This document shows, in pieces, positions 1 to 9,456 of a stretch of 64,000 nucleotides of DNA. Position 1 is the stretch's first letter; each line of letters opens with the position of its first letter. Position numbers and translations under genes: made by a program. The stretch spans positions 2,759,294-2,823,293 of the forward strand of contig CAWGZV010000002.1 of assembly GCA_963827155.1 (NCBI GenBank). The letters are read 5' to 3'. The notes under the pieces were generated by a model. It was not told where the DNA came from. It ran no database searches and saw nothing but the letters and a program-made list of their open reading frames with translations. This stretch comes from an uncultured Chloroflexia bacterium (GTDB lineage Bacteria; Chloroflexota; Anaerolineae; Anaerolineales; UBA4823).

Positions 1-896
1 TCGGTGATAAAGGCATCTGGTCCAATGGTGCAGTGGGCGCCAATTTGGGTGCCTTTTAGGAGGTAAGACCCCGGCCAAATTACTGAATCTGTCCCAATGC
101 GAACATCTGCCTCAATGTAAGTACGCGAGGGATCTTTGATCGTCACACCAGATAGCATCCAAGAGCGAATAATCCGCTCACGCAAGACCGCCTCCGCTTC
201 CGCGAGATGTTGGAGAGTATTTACGCCAATTCCTTCTGCGGGATCATCTGCCGGAAGCGCCTGGACACGCAAACCTTCTGCTACCGCAATCCCGATCAGG
301 TCTGTAAGGTAGTATTCCCCTTTTGGCGAGACCGAGATGCGTTTTAAAGCAGCCCACAGCCAACTGCTCGGGAAACAATACACACCGGGATTTAATTCTC
401 GAACAGCAAGCTGCTCTGGGGTCGCGTCTGCTTCTTCAATGATGGCAACTACCTCTCCGTCATTGCCCCGGATTACCCGACCGAAGCCGCGAGGCTCGCC
501 ACCAACCAGAGTGAGCATCGTAATACCTTGTGGATGGTCGGACTGCGCCTCCACAATTTTGTGTATGGTCCCAGGTGTCAGGAGCGGCATATCTCCATAG
601 GTCACCAGGATCAGATCGGTCTTACCCCTTAACAGCGGCTCCGCCATCTGAAGGGCATGGGCTGTGCCCAACTGAAGTTCCTGAACTGCAAAATCCGCCC
701 TGCCGCCAATCGCCTGACGGATCTGACTGGCACTATGCCCAACAATGATCACGGGTCTGGCAGCCGCTTCTTGCTGCACCGCATCGATAGCATACTCCAG
801 CATCGGCTTCCCCAGGATGGGGTGAAGGACCTTGGGAAGGTCAGACCGCATTCGGGTGCCCTGTCCTGCTGCCAGAATTACTGCTCGTACTACCAT
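1..896 (-). CDS. glmU: Bifunctional UDP-GlcNAc pyrophosphorylase / GlcN-1-P acetyltransferase GlmU (C-terminus beyond window edge)
   Basis: Absent from the ORF track because it runs off the window. Minus-strand translation from ATG at 896 gives MVVRAVILAAGQGTRMRSDLPKVLHPILGKPML...QLGTAHAL...YGDMPLL, followed by hexapeptide (left-handed beta-helix) repeats to position 1. SD GGGGAG lies upstream. Confidence 0.85.
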   Translation of the reverse strand, partial: MVVRAVILAAGQGTRMRSDLPKVLHPILGKPMLEYAIDAVQQEAAARPVIIVGHSASQIRQAIGGRADFAVQELQLGTAHALQMAEPLLRGKTDLILVTYGDMPLLTPGTIHKIVEAQSDHPQGITMLTLVGGEPRGFGRVIRGNDGEVVAIIEEADATPEQLAVRELNPGVYCFPSSWLWAALKRISVSPKGEYYLTDLIGIAVAEGLRVQALPADDPAEGIGVNTLQHLAEAEAVLRERIIRSWMLSGVTIKDPSRTYIEADVRIGTDSVIWPGSYLLKGTQIGAHCTIGPDAFIT

Positions 897-917
897 GCTT
901 AACAACTCCCCAGCGAT

Positions 918-964
918 AAAAAAACGAGCATCACATCCAATCTCTCAGACATGTGAAGCTCGTT
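918..964 (-). terminator. Rho-independent terminator after tRNA-Gln
   Basis: Minus strand: 14-bp stem (aacgagcttcacat / atgtgatgctcgtt, one mismatch), 14-nt loop, then a T-run (A-run 918-924 on the plus strand). It lies 25 nt downstream of the tRNA 3' end. Confidence 0.7.
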
Positions 965-989
965 CTGCCGCTTTTTAATAAGCTGAGAC

Positions 990-1064
990 TGGCTGGGGCG
1001 CCCGGATTTCGAACCAGGATATACGGATCCAAAGTCCGCTGTGCTACCGTTGCACCACGCCCCA
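990..1064 (-). tRNA. tRNA-Gln (anticodon UUG), CCA encoded
   Basis: Cloverleaf folded by hand: acceptor TGGGGCG/CGCCCCA, anticodon arm GCGGA-CTTTGGA-TCCGT, T-arm CCTGG-TTCGAAAT-CCGGG. The T-loop is 8 nt instead of 7; the extra A in the run is probably an indel error. Confidence 0.88.
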
Positions 1065-1116
1065 ATCACAAAATCCATTCTGCTCCAGCTGAACCGCCGG
1101 TAAGCAAGTGAACGGA

Positions 1117-1125
1117 ATTTTATCA
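1117..1125 (-). promoter_or_regulatory. Candidate extended -10 (TGATAAAAT) upstream of tRNA-Gln
   Basis: Minus-strand TGaTAAAAT about 50 nt upstream of the mature tRNA 5' end. No clear -35. Confidence 0.3.
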
Positions 1126-1253
1126 TAGTCCGCAAAGGAGTGGCAATACCCGCGAGACAAGTGGAAACTGAACTGCTGATGTGATCGGAGCAAAACTCAG
1201 GGCGTTTAACGGCGACGCCAGACACACTGCGCCTGGCTCAAGACACCGGACGA

Positions 1254-2291
1254 TCAAGCGGGGATTTTAATGCACGCGACTTGATGTCCTGGAATGACTT
1301 CCAGTAGTGGGGGTTCTACTTGCGAGCAGCCGCTGGTCGCTACCGGGCAGCGGGGATGAAAACGGCAGCCAGAAGGCGGATCCATTGGGCTGGGTACATC
1401 CCCCTGGAGGATGATCCTATCCCGGCGAAGAGCCGGATCTGGAATTGGAATTGCAGACATTAATGCCTGGGTGTATGGATGCATAGGTTGGCTGAAAAGC
1501 TGATCTCGGTCTGCCAGCTCAACAATCTTGCCGAGGTACATCACGGCGACACGGTCGGAGATATGCTCAACAACGCTCAGGTTGTGGGCAATGAAAAGAA
1601 AAGTTAAGTGATATTCGCTTTGCAGGTCTTTAAGAAGGTTCAATACTTGAGATTGGATTGAAACATCCAGCGCTGAGATCGGCTCATCCGCAACGATAAA
1701 TTTTGGCTGCAGCGCCAGGGCTCTGGCAATCCCGATCCGCTGACGCTGACCGCCAGAAAACTCATGCGGATAACGCCTGGCATGATATGACTTAAGCCCC
1801 ACTTTTTTCAGCATATCCATCACAACTGCCTGTTGGTCTTTACCAGTCCCGATTTTGTGAATACGCAATCCTTCAGCGATAGATTCCCCAATCGGCAAGC
1901 GTGGATCCAGTGAGGCATAAGGATCTTGAAAGATGATTTGCATATCACGCCGCACCGCTTTCAGGGCGCGGCCGCGAAGCTTTAAGATGTCTGCGCCATT
2001 AAACATGATCTGACCAGAGGTTGGCTCGATCAGGCGGAGCATAGTACGACCAACGGTCGTTTTTCCACATCCAGATTCGCCGACCAGGCCAAGCGTTTCA
2101 CCGGTCATCACCTCCAGGCTAACTTGATCGACTGCTTTTACTTCGGCAATCGTGCGCTGCAGCAGCCCGCCACGTACAGGGAAATACTTCACCAAGTCAC
2201 GCACCTGGACCATCGCTTTACGACCATTTTTTTGAGAATTCGACACGCCAACTGCTGGCTTATCCACCATAATTGTCCTTTGATTTTGCAT
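1254..2291 (-). CDS. Peptide/nickel ABC transporter ATP-binding protein (OppF/DppF type)
   Basis: ORF track 345 aa. Walker [10 protein letters not shown], signature FSGGQRQR, Walker [13 protein letters not shown], Cys-rich C-terminal extension CRFHPRC. Confidence 0.92.
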   Translation of the reverse strand: MQNQRTIMVDKPAVGVSNSQKNGRKAMVQVRDLVKYFPVRGGLLQRTIAEVKAVDQVSLEVMTGETLGLVGESGCGKTTVGRTMLRLIEPTSGQIMFNGADILKLRGRALKAVRRDMQIIFQDPYASLDPRLPIGESIAEGLRIHKIGTGKDQQAVVMDMLKKVGLKSYHARRYPHEFSGGQRQRIGIARALALQPKFIVADEPISALDVSIQSQVLNLLKDLQSEYHLTFLFIAHNLSVVEHISDRVAVMYLGKIVELADRDQLFSQPMHPYTQALMSAIPIPDPALRRDRIILQGDVPSPMDPPSGCRFHPRCPVATSGCSQVEPPLLEVIPGHQVACIKIPA

Positions 2292-2309
2292 TTAAAAATT
2301 TTATTAAGC

Positions 2310-3362
2310 TCACAATGGAGCTTGAAAGCCTTCGGAGCTGAGGTAGAGCCAGCAACGGACGGCATGTCCTTCCCGAGTCTCTACTAAATCCGGCTCTTTA
2401 TTCTCACATATTTGAAGGTTGAAGGCTTCACGCTGTCTGCAGCGAGGCGCAAATTTACAGCCTGGAGGCAGGTCGATCAAATTTGGGACCGAGCCAGGAA
2501 TCACCTCCAGCCGGTCTTTAACTTTACCCAAAACCGGGATGGAGGCGATTAGACCTAATGTATACGGATGAAGGGGTCGATCAAACAAGGTTTTTACGGC
2601 GGTTTGTTCGACAATCCTGCCGGCATACATCACGGCGACTGAATTGGCGGTTTCTGCGATCACGCCCAGGTCATGGGTGATTAAGATCACAGCGGTATGC
2701 AGTTCGTTACGCATTGCGCGGATTAAATCTAATATTTGAGCCTGGATTGTGACATCCAGGGCGGTGGTTGGTTCATCGGCAATCAATACATCGGGATTTA
2801 ATGCCAGTGCCATGGCGATCATCACGCGCTGTGACTGTCCACCTGAAAGCTGGTGGGGGTAGGCGTGGGCTTTTTGATCCGCATCGGGGATGCCGACAAG
2901 CTTGAGGAGCTCAATCGTCCGTTCCCAAGAAGACCCATTTCGGCGTTTGCGATGGATCTTCAAAACTTCCTCGATTTGATCACCAATCTTAAATACGGGG
3001 TTAAGGCTGCTCTGGGGCTGTTGGAAAATCATCGAAATCCGGTTGCCTCGGATCTCGGTCATTTGCTGCTCAGTCAGACCCATCAATTCCTCACCCTGGA
3101 AGCGGATTGAGCCGGAAATAATTTTCCCGGGCGGACTGATCAGCCGCATGATCGAAAGTGAAGTCACACTTTTCCCACAGCCGGATTTACCGACCAAACC
3201 AAGGATTTCACCTTTACCGATGGTGAAATCCACGCCATCGACTGCTTTCACGGTCCCTGATTCTGTGTAAAAATAGGTTTTCAAACCTTCAACAGTCAGG
3301 ATATTTTGATCTGAGGATTTTAAGAACGGGTCGATTTTCTTCATCAATCCATCCAATATCAA
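2310..3362 (-). CDS. Peptide/nickel ABC transporter ATP-binding protein (OppD/DppD type)
   Basis: ORF track 350 aa. Walker A GKSGCGKS, signature LSGGQSQR, Walker [13 protein letters not shown]-terminal CKFAPRC. Confidence 0.92.
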   Translation of the reverse strand: MILDGLMKKIDPFLKSSDQNILTVEGLKTYFYTESGTVKAVDGVDFTIGKGEILGLVGKSGCGKSVTSLSIMRLISPPGKIISGSIRFQGEELMGLTEQQMTEIRGNRISMIFQQPQSSLNPVFKIGDQIEEVLKIHRKRRNGSSWERTIELLKLVGIPDADQKAHAYPHQLSGGQSQRVMIAMALALNPDVLIADEPTTALDVTIQAQILDLIRAMRNELHTAVILITHDLGVIAETANSVAVMYAGRIVEQTAVKTLFDRPLHPYTLGLIASIPVLGKVKDRLEVIPGSVPNLIDLPPGCKFAPRCRQREAFNLQICENKEPDLVETREGHAVRCWLYLSSEGFQAPL

Positions 3363-3444
3363 GTGTTATATCATCAAGAATACTGATGGATCTTGCTTGA
3401 AGTTCATCGATCTGGCAAAGATCACAGGATTACGTCGAAATCCG

Positions 3445-5393
3445 CTAAGGAGCGCAGGTTTCACCGTAATCAAAGTTTTCTAGATTCCAAAGCGCACTGT
3501 CAGCCGACGGCTCAAGTGCGGCCCCACATAGATCCGGTCGTTGGGCAGCGATCTTCAGATGCATGTAAAGGGGGATGGCGGGAAGCTCCTCAGCGAAGAT
3601 TGATTGGGCAAGGAAATGAGCTGCCTGGTACTCCGGTTTTTCGGGCATTGTTGAAACTGCTCTCTGGCAGGCAAGGTCAAAATTCGAACTGCTGTAACCG
3701 CTCGGATTTGACCCGCCCCAACCTTTCGGGTACTCAGGATAAGGGCCAGGGATCTCCTGGGTAGTATAAAGGAAGCACGGAGGCTGCCAGGCACCCATCC
3801 AACCGAACTGCGCCAATGAAAAATTCCTTCCAAAGATCAAGCCGTCCGTCCCGCTGGTGAAAAGCTGCTCTTCGGAGATTGGATTTGGAATCAAGCCAAT
3901 CCCGCATTCTTCAAGCGATGCCTTCACCATATCGGCGACCTGGCGATTTATTGGCTGGTCGCTGGTCAAGAAAGTAAGCTCGAAAAGGGTGCCGTCCGGG
4001 AGGCTGGCGACTCCCTGGGAGCGGCGAGGAGTAACAGGATTTCCATCGTCATCGCGCCATCCTGCAGTTTCCAAAAGCTGAGCCGCAGTGTTTGGGTCGA
4101 AGGGATAACGCTTAATATCCGGATTCGACATTGGATGGTCTGGAGAGACGTAGCTATCTGGGATGCGAGTCAGCCCACCAAACAGCTGATCGGCGATCTT
4201 CTGGCGATCAATGCAAAGCGCGAATGCCTGCCGAACCTCTTTCAGCTGAAAAAATGGCGGCAGCTCGGGATTTAAGGAAGCAATCCCAAAATCGATATGC
4301 TCCCAAGCAGTACTTTCTGCCTGGAGAATTTTCAATTTCCCGCCGCTCTGAGCTTCTGAGAGCTGGGCGGTTTGTCCTTTAAATCATTCGTTTCATCCAG
4401 ATAATCACATTCTCCAGCCAGAAGCGCGGCGACTGCCTGCTGTGGATCTGGGGTAAAGCGGAAGACCAAACGCTCAAAATGCGGCAGACCCTCGATCCCA
4501 CGGAAATAGGCAGGATTGCGAATGAGTGAGATATGATCTCCAGCAGTCCACTCTTCAATAATATACGGGCCCCATCCAATGGGTTCACGGCTTGAACTTT
4601 CTGCAGTCAATAGATCCTGCGGCGTGATGGAACTCCAAGCATGCCTGGGGAGCGGTGTAAAAATCGCGGCTGCATAGCCGGAGTACCTGAAACCGGGAAG
4701 CCCACGCCATTCAACGGTTGTTTCATCGAGGGCAAGATAGGAATTGGTGCGAGCGATCAGGTCGGCACGGAACTGCGGGTAGTAGCTTTTTGCGAGCTCG
4801 AAGGAATACTGCGAATCGTCAGCGATCACAGGCTGTCCATCCGACCAGTTAATTCCAGGGCGCAGACGGAAGCGTGCGACCTGCTGGTCGATCTGCACCG
4901 TCGCTTCACCGCTGTAGGTCGCGGCGCAGGAGAAATCAGCGCAGCCTGATGGCAGGTAAGATACCCCTTCTTTCAGGTTCACCAACATCCCAGAGCTATC
5001 TACTATAGCGGCGCCGGGCTGGACCTCCACCGGCTCAAAGCTCAGATCGCCGGCGGTCTGGGTTGGAATTGGCTCCAGGATTACAGGGACTGCCTCGAAG
5101 CCTCTTATGTCCAGCGGACCGTCATAGATCGCCTGCCGGATACTTCGGGCCGCCAGGGATGAGTCCCCATAAAGGAATAGCGATGAAGGCTCCTGGCCCA
5201 TACATATTGTGAGCAGGCGTTGAGGAGCCGGACTGGGAGCATCCGTCTCTGCCGCTTGAAGGGGTTGGGTTTCTATTGGGGTTTGGATCGAGACCTGAGA
5301 TTTTAATGGCCGATAATTACATCCGACACAAATCAATAAACCAATAAATGGGGCAAACCAGACCCCGATCTTTGCAATTGCTGTGCTGCGCAT
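3445..5393 (-). pseudogene. ABC transporter substrate-binding protein, family 5 (peptide/nickel), frameshifted as sequenced
   Basis: ORFs 4332..5447 (N-terminal half, leader MRSTAIAKIGVWFAPFIGLLICVGC from ATG 5393) and 3445..4335 (C-terminal half) are contiguous halves of one protein. Frames rejoin (..DETNDLK|GQTAQLSEAQSGGKLKILQAE..) if one G is added to a GG run at ~4377. Confidence 0.85.
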
Positions 5394-5404
5394 ATTGAAA
5401 CAGA

Positions 5405-5689
5405 TTACTGGACTAATTTCTGCTGCGATACAAGATGAAATGACCAACTCATGGATTGGGCAAAAGGTTCGATAAGCTGCCAGTGCCGCTGCGCATAAAG
5501 CTGTTCACCGGGCGACGACCAGCGATTAGAATAGGTCGAAAAGAAACGCGAGATTGGGGTTGGGTCTTCGGAAGGAGGGCGGCTTGCTTCTGACAGCAAC
5601 CTGGCTCTACCATCCTTCGAGGGGCGATGCCTGGCAGCCCAGTTCTTCAGGAAGCGCTCAATATAGACATCGATAGCGTCACTCATCAT
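5405..5689 (-). CDS. Hypothetical protein; anti-sigma factor candidate by position only
   Basis: Part of ORF 5405..5758. ATG-ATG at 5689 lies 8 nt after the sigma-factor stop. No recognisable domain or TM segment. Confidence 0.35.
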   Translation of the reverse strand: MMSDAIDVYIERFLKNWAARHRPSKDGRARLLSEASRPPSEDPTPISRFFSTYSNRWSSPGEQLYAQRHWQLIEPFAQSMSWSFHLVSQQKLVQ

Positions 5690-5696
5690 ACACCTG

Positions 5697-6354
5697 CTAG
5701 GACCTTTCAAATCCCAAATCCGGTAAAGTATCGCTTTCTGAGAAATTTCCCAAACCAAGCTCTTGTTTGAGCGCTATTCTGCCGTAATGAAGTCGTGACT
5801 TTACTGTCCCAATCGGAATATCCAGAATCTCACCAATCTCTTGAATCGATAAATCATTCAGATAATATAAAACTACGACAACTCGTTGAGATATGGATAG
5901 ATGAGACACGGCGCGCTCGAAGACGATCCCAATCATCCTGTCTTTCGACTGCTTCGTGAGTTTGATTCCGGTTAGAACCCACTATCCAGTCGGTAAAATA
6001 TTCTAAAGGTCTTTTCCAGCGCCTATCGCGTTTTACCCAGGTATAGGCGAGATTAGTCGTCATTCGATACAGCCAGGGTTGAAGCGGTCGATTTTCGTCA
6101 ATCCGGTTGGCAAATCGAAACAACCTGAGAAAGACATCCTGGAGGAGATCATTTGCAGCGTCCTGATCGCCAGTGATCGCTAAAGCAGTGCGGAAAACGA
6201 GCTGCTGATAACGATCGTATAAGCTCCCTAGCGCTTCGAGGCTGCCTTTTCGCAATTCATGGACTAAATCTTGGTCGCTGGTTGTCAACATTGCTCGTTT
6301 TCCCGAGAAACCTTCGCCATTGGATTCGTCTTGATTGTCAAATAAATATACCAC
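5697..6354 (-). pseudogene. ECF-type RNA polymerase sigma-70 factor, frameshifted as sequenced
   Basis: ORF 5854..6354 carries region 2 (DLLQDVFLRLF...PWLYRMTTNLAYTW). ORF 5697..5936 carries the region 4 HTH (LSIQEIGEILDIPIGTVKSRLHYGR). The frame change is at ~5915-5922. Confidence 0.85.
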
Positions 6355-6357
6355 TAA

Positions 6358-7104
6358 TTATTGGGATTCTCTACCTTTCCGTTTCGACCAAAGCACCCAA
6401 ATCAGGACCCCAAGCGAGGACATCGCGGCGACGACCGCCCAGCGTTGGAATGAAATCATATGGGTTGAATCATCGATCTCGCCAACGACTATTGTACGCA
6501 GAGGGATCTTCGCTGCAACTTCTGGATTCAGGTCGGAGCTGCCCCATTCAATGCCGTTCAGACGGAGCAGGTAGGCGCTGAGCTGCCAATATTCTTCATC
6601 ACTCAAACTCCCCGGCGCCTGGAACGGCATTTCGCTCTTCAAGTAGTCGTACAGATCCTGGGCTGTTTCAAAGCGCGCCAGCATTCCCGGGCTGACCAAT
6701 GCAGGAACAACTTTGGGGAAGACAAAACCGCCTGGAGGATAATTCGCGGCGTGACAGCGCGACTGCCAGCAATTTTGATCCGGCTCATCTAAGGCAGCGC
6801 GCCATGCATCGGTGAGACCCTGACCTTGATCGCCATGACATGCCATGCAAACCAGGTAGTAAACCATCGATCCCTCACTAACCTGGGTGGGAGGGTACAC
6901 GGTAGGAGGAGGATCGAGCCCGCTCGGCAAAGGAGGCATATCTGGGCCAGGAGGCTGGGTCGGTGCAGATCCAGGATTGGAAAAGCCAAGGTTAAGCACC
7001 AGACTGAATATTGGGATAAGGGAGAAAAGGAAGCAACGAGAAGGAGGCATGTCTGCCAATAAGGGAAATAGTTGGCGGCGCCGGTGCCGCCAACTATGTT
7101 TCAA
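6358..7104 (-). CDS. Membrane-anchored c-type cytochrome
   Basis: CxxCH motif CMACH, downstream SEMPF as candidate Met ligand, N-terminal hydrophobic leader and Pro-rich linker, C-terminal TM WAVVAAMSSLGVLIWVLW. Start could instead be the internal Met at 7050. Confidence 0.75.
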   Translation of the reverse strand: MKHSWRHRRRQLFPLLADMPPSRCFLFSLIPIFSLVLNLGFSNPGSAPTQPPGPDMPPLPSGLDPPPTVYPPTQVSEGSMVYYLVCMACHGDQGQGLTDAWRAALDEPDQNCWQSRCHAANYPPGGFVFPKVVPALVSPGMLARFETAQDLYDYLKSEMPFQAPGSLSDEEYWQLSAYLLRLNGIEWGSSDLNPEVAAKIPLRTIVVGEIDDSTHMISFQRWAVVAAMSSLGVLIWVLWSKRKGRESQ

Positions 7105-7141
7105 TTTCTGGTAATGAAGTTAACCGGATAAGTTAAGCTGT

Positions 7142-8195
7142 CTAGCGTCCTCGGCGCATTCGAGGATCCATGATATCGCGCAGCGCATCGCCAACCAGGT
7201 TCCACCCGAGGGTGAAGAAAATCAGGGCGAGCGCAGGGAAAAGCACAATCCACCAATATGTTGCCAGGGATGGAATCCAGTTGCGGGCAAAGGCGATCAT
7301 CTGGCCCCAATCCGCATAACCGACCTCGGTGCCGATACCAAGGAAGCTCAAGGCAGCAAAGGAAATCACATCGGCGCCGATATTCATCGAGGCCAAGAAT
7401 CAGGGTAGGATAGATTGCATTGGGGATGACATGCTTGAGGATGATACGTCGATCTTTGACACCGATCACACGGGCGGCCATGATGTAATCCCGCTCACGC
7501 ACAGAAAGGATATCTCCTCGGATGATACGGGCGTAGCCCATCCAGCCAAAGGCGATCATCGCGATCAACGGCGGCCAGATCCCTTTCCCGATCACCGGGG
7601 TCAGGATCGCCGAGAGAGTCAAGGCTGCCAGAAGATAGGGGAATGCCATGAATATGTCCGTGATCCGCATCAGCACATTATCGAGTTTTCCGCCATAAAA
7701 CGCTGAGAGTGCGCCTACCAGGATCCCAATGATTAAGGTAAAAGATTCGACGGTCAAGCCTACTTTTAGCGCGGTGCGCGCACCCCAAACCACGCCATAG
7801 AATAGATCATATTGGCCGCTGGTTGTACCAAAAATATGGGTCCATTCTTCTTTTCCAACAATCGAGAACCAAAATGGCTCTTTGGGAGGGCGTGTTTTCC
7901 ATTCGGCTCCAGGCGCCAGCGGGACAGGACCATAGCCATCCCTAGGGGTCATAAACGGCTCGCGTTTGTTTGTGGATGGGATGATAAACGGTGCAAGCCA
8001 CGCGAGAACTAAATAGAAGATGATTAACGAGATACCCAACACAGACAGCGGATTATGAACGATGCCAACGAGGAGGCGGTAGTTATCCGGCCCCAGGGTA
8101 CGCTCCAGCCAGGGAATCTTTCTTTCCGGTAAATCATCCAGGTAGCTGCTCTGCGGCACGTTTGGCTGTCGAGGGGTTTCTGTGGCAGTGGTCAT
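7142..8195 (-). pseudogene. Peptide ABC transporter permease (OppC/DppC type), frameshifted as sequenced
   Basis: ORF 7101..8195 is a good permease until ..IYPTLIL. The conserved C-terminus (ASMNIGADVISFAALSFLGIGTEVGYADWGQMI...LVGDALRDIMDPR) continues in ORF 7142..7396. Single-base shift at ~7397. Confidence 0.88.
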
Positions 8196-8244
8196 TTTCT
8201 AATCTCCATATCAATAAATTCGCTGCTTTTCTGGGATAACCAAT

Positions 8245-9309
8245 TTAATCCAACCGGACGCGAGGATCCAGAAAAGCGTACATCACATCTACCACCAGGT
8301 TGGCAACGACCAGGATCAATCCAGAGAGAAGTGTGAACGAGAGCACGGCAATGACATCGAGCTGAGCGGCCGCTTCACCAGCCGCCTGTCCGATGCCTGG
8401 GAAGTTGAAGACAGTCTCGGTCAACACCGCGCCCCCCAAGAGCGCGGCTACAGTAAATCCGCCCAGAGTCGCCACCGGGATCAAGGCGTTCGGGCGAGCG
8501 TGCCCTTGAATAACATCTCGCTCCTTTAAGCCTTTTGCCCGGGCGGTGACCACATAATCCTGGCGCAGGGTCTCCAACATTGAAGAACGGGTCACACGCA
8601 AGAAAGTAGCCCAGGAAATGGTCGAAAGCACAATCACCGGCAAGACCAGGTGGCGCAGTGCATCCAGGAAGATATCCACCCTGCCGTTAAGCAGCGAATC
8701 GACTGTATAGAGCGACGTGTAGCTGTTCCATTGCGGTGATCCAATCACCGCATTCGCCCAATCCGAGATCCGACCTGGGGGGAACCAATGCAGCTTGGCG
8801 TAAAATACCATCAGCGCCAGCAGAGCGAAGATAAAACTGGGCAATGAATGCCCTAAAATTGCAAAAACCCGCGCGAATTGATCGAAAAATCGGTTATGGT
8901 TGACCGCGGCTGCGATCCCCATATAAACGCCAATTATGATGATTACAGGAATTGTGTATAAGGCGAGCTCAACCGTGGCGGGGAAGCGCCGCTTGAGAAG
9001 ATCCACCACTGGCTGGGAGGCGCTGCGCGAGTAGCCAAAGTTGCCGCGCAGGATGCCGCCGACAATTTTTCCACTGACGTAATCCTCTTGTCCGACCAGC
9101 CAGTGCCAGTACTGGACATAGATGGGGTCATCCAACCCATAGCGTTTGATAATGCCACTCATCGCAGCTTCATTATGCGGGATATCGCGCACGTACAATG
9201 CCGAACGCTCCTCAGGGCTGAGGAACTGCATCATCCCAAAGATCAAAGCAGTCACACCGAACAGAATCAACGGGATGATCAACACTCTCCGGATGATGTA
9301 GTTAGTCAT
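8245..9309 (-). CDS. Peptide ABC transporter permease (OppB/DppB type)
   Basis: ORF track 354 aa. Typical N-terminus MTNYIIRRVLIIPLILFGV, multiple TM segments, C-terminus VDVMYAFLDPRVRL. Confidence 0.92.
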   Translation of the reverse strand: MTNYIIRRVLIIPLILFGVTALIFGMMQFLSPEERSALYVRDIPHNEAAMSGIIKRYGLDDPIYVQYWHWLVGQEDYVSGKIVGGILRGNFGYSRSASQPVVDLLKRRFPATVELALYTIPVIIIIGVYMGIAAAVNHNRFFDQFARVFAILGHSLPSFIFALLALMVFYAKLHWFPPGRISDWANAVIGSPQWNSYTSLYTVDSLLNGRVDIFLDALRHLVLPVIVLSTISWATFLRVTRSSMLETLRQDYVVTARAKGLKERDVIQGHARPNALIPVATLGGFTVAALLGGAVLTETVFNFPGIGQAAGEAAAQLDVIAVLSFTLLSGLILVVANLVVDVMYAFLDPRVRLD

Positions 9310-9456
9310 TCGCCACGCTCCATTCTCGATAACCTTCTAGCAACAGATACCAATCATTTTTTCTTATTCGATTTATATTTTTGGCGGTGATCGGAGGCAG
9401 GCCGAAGCCTGCCTCCGTTTGCTTACCTGTGTCCAATTCCGGACGGTGGGCCGTTT

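Noticed and set aside
337-902. Plus-strand ORFs 337..600, 530..748 and 657..902 from the ORF track
   Set aside because: They lie antisense within the well-supported glmU reading frame. Their translations are low-complexity (Pro/Ser/Arg-rich) with no motifs, so they are shadow ORFs.
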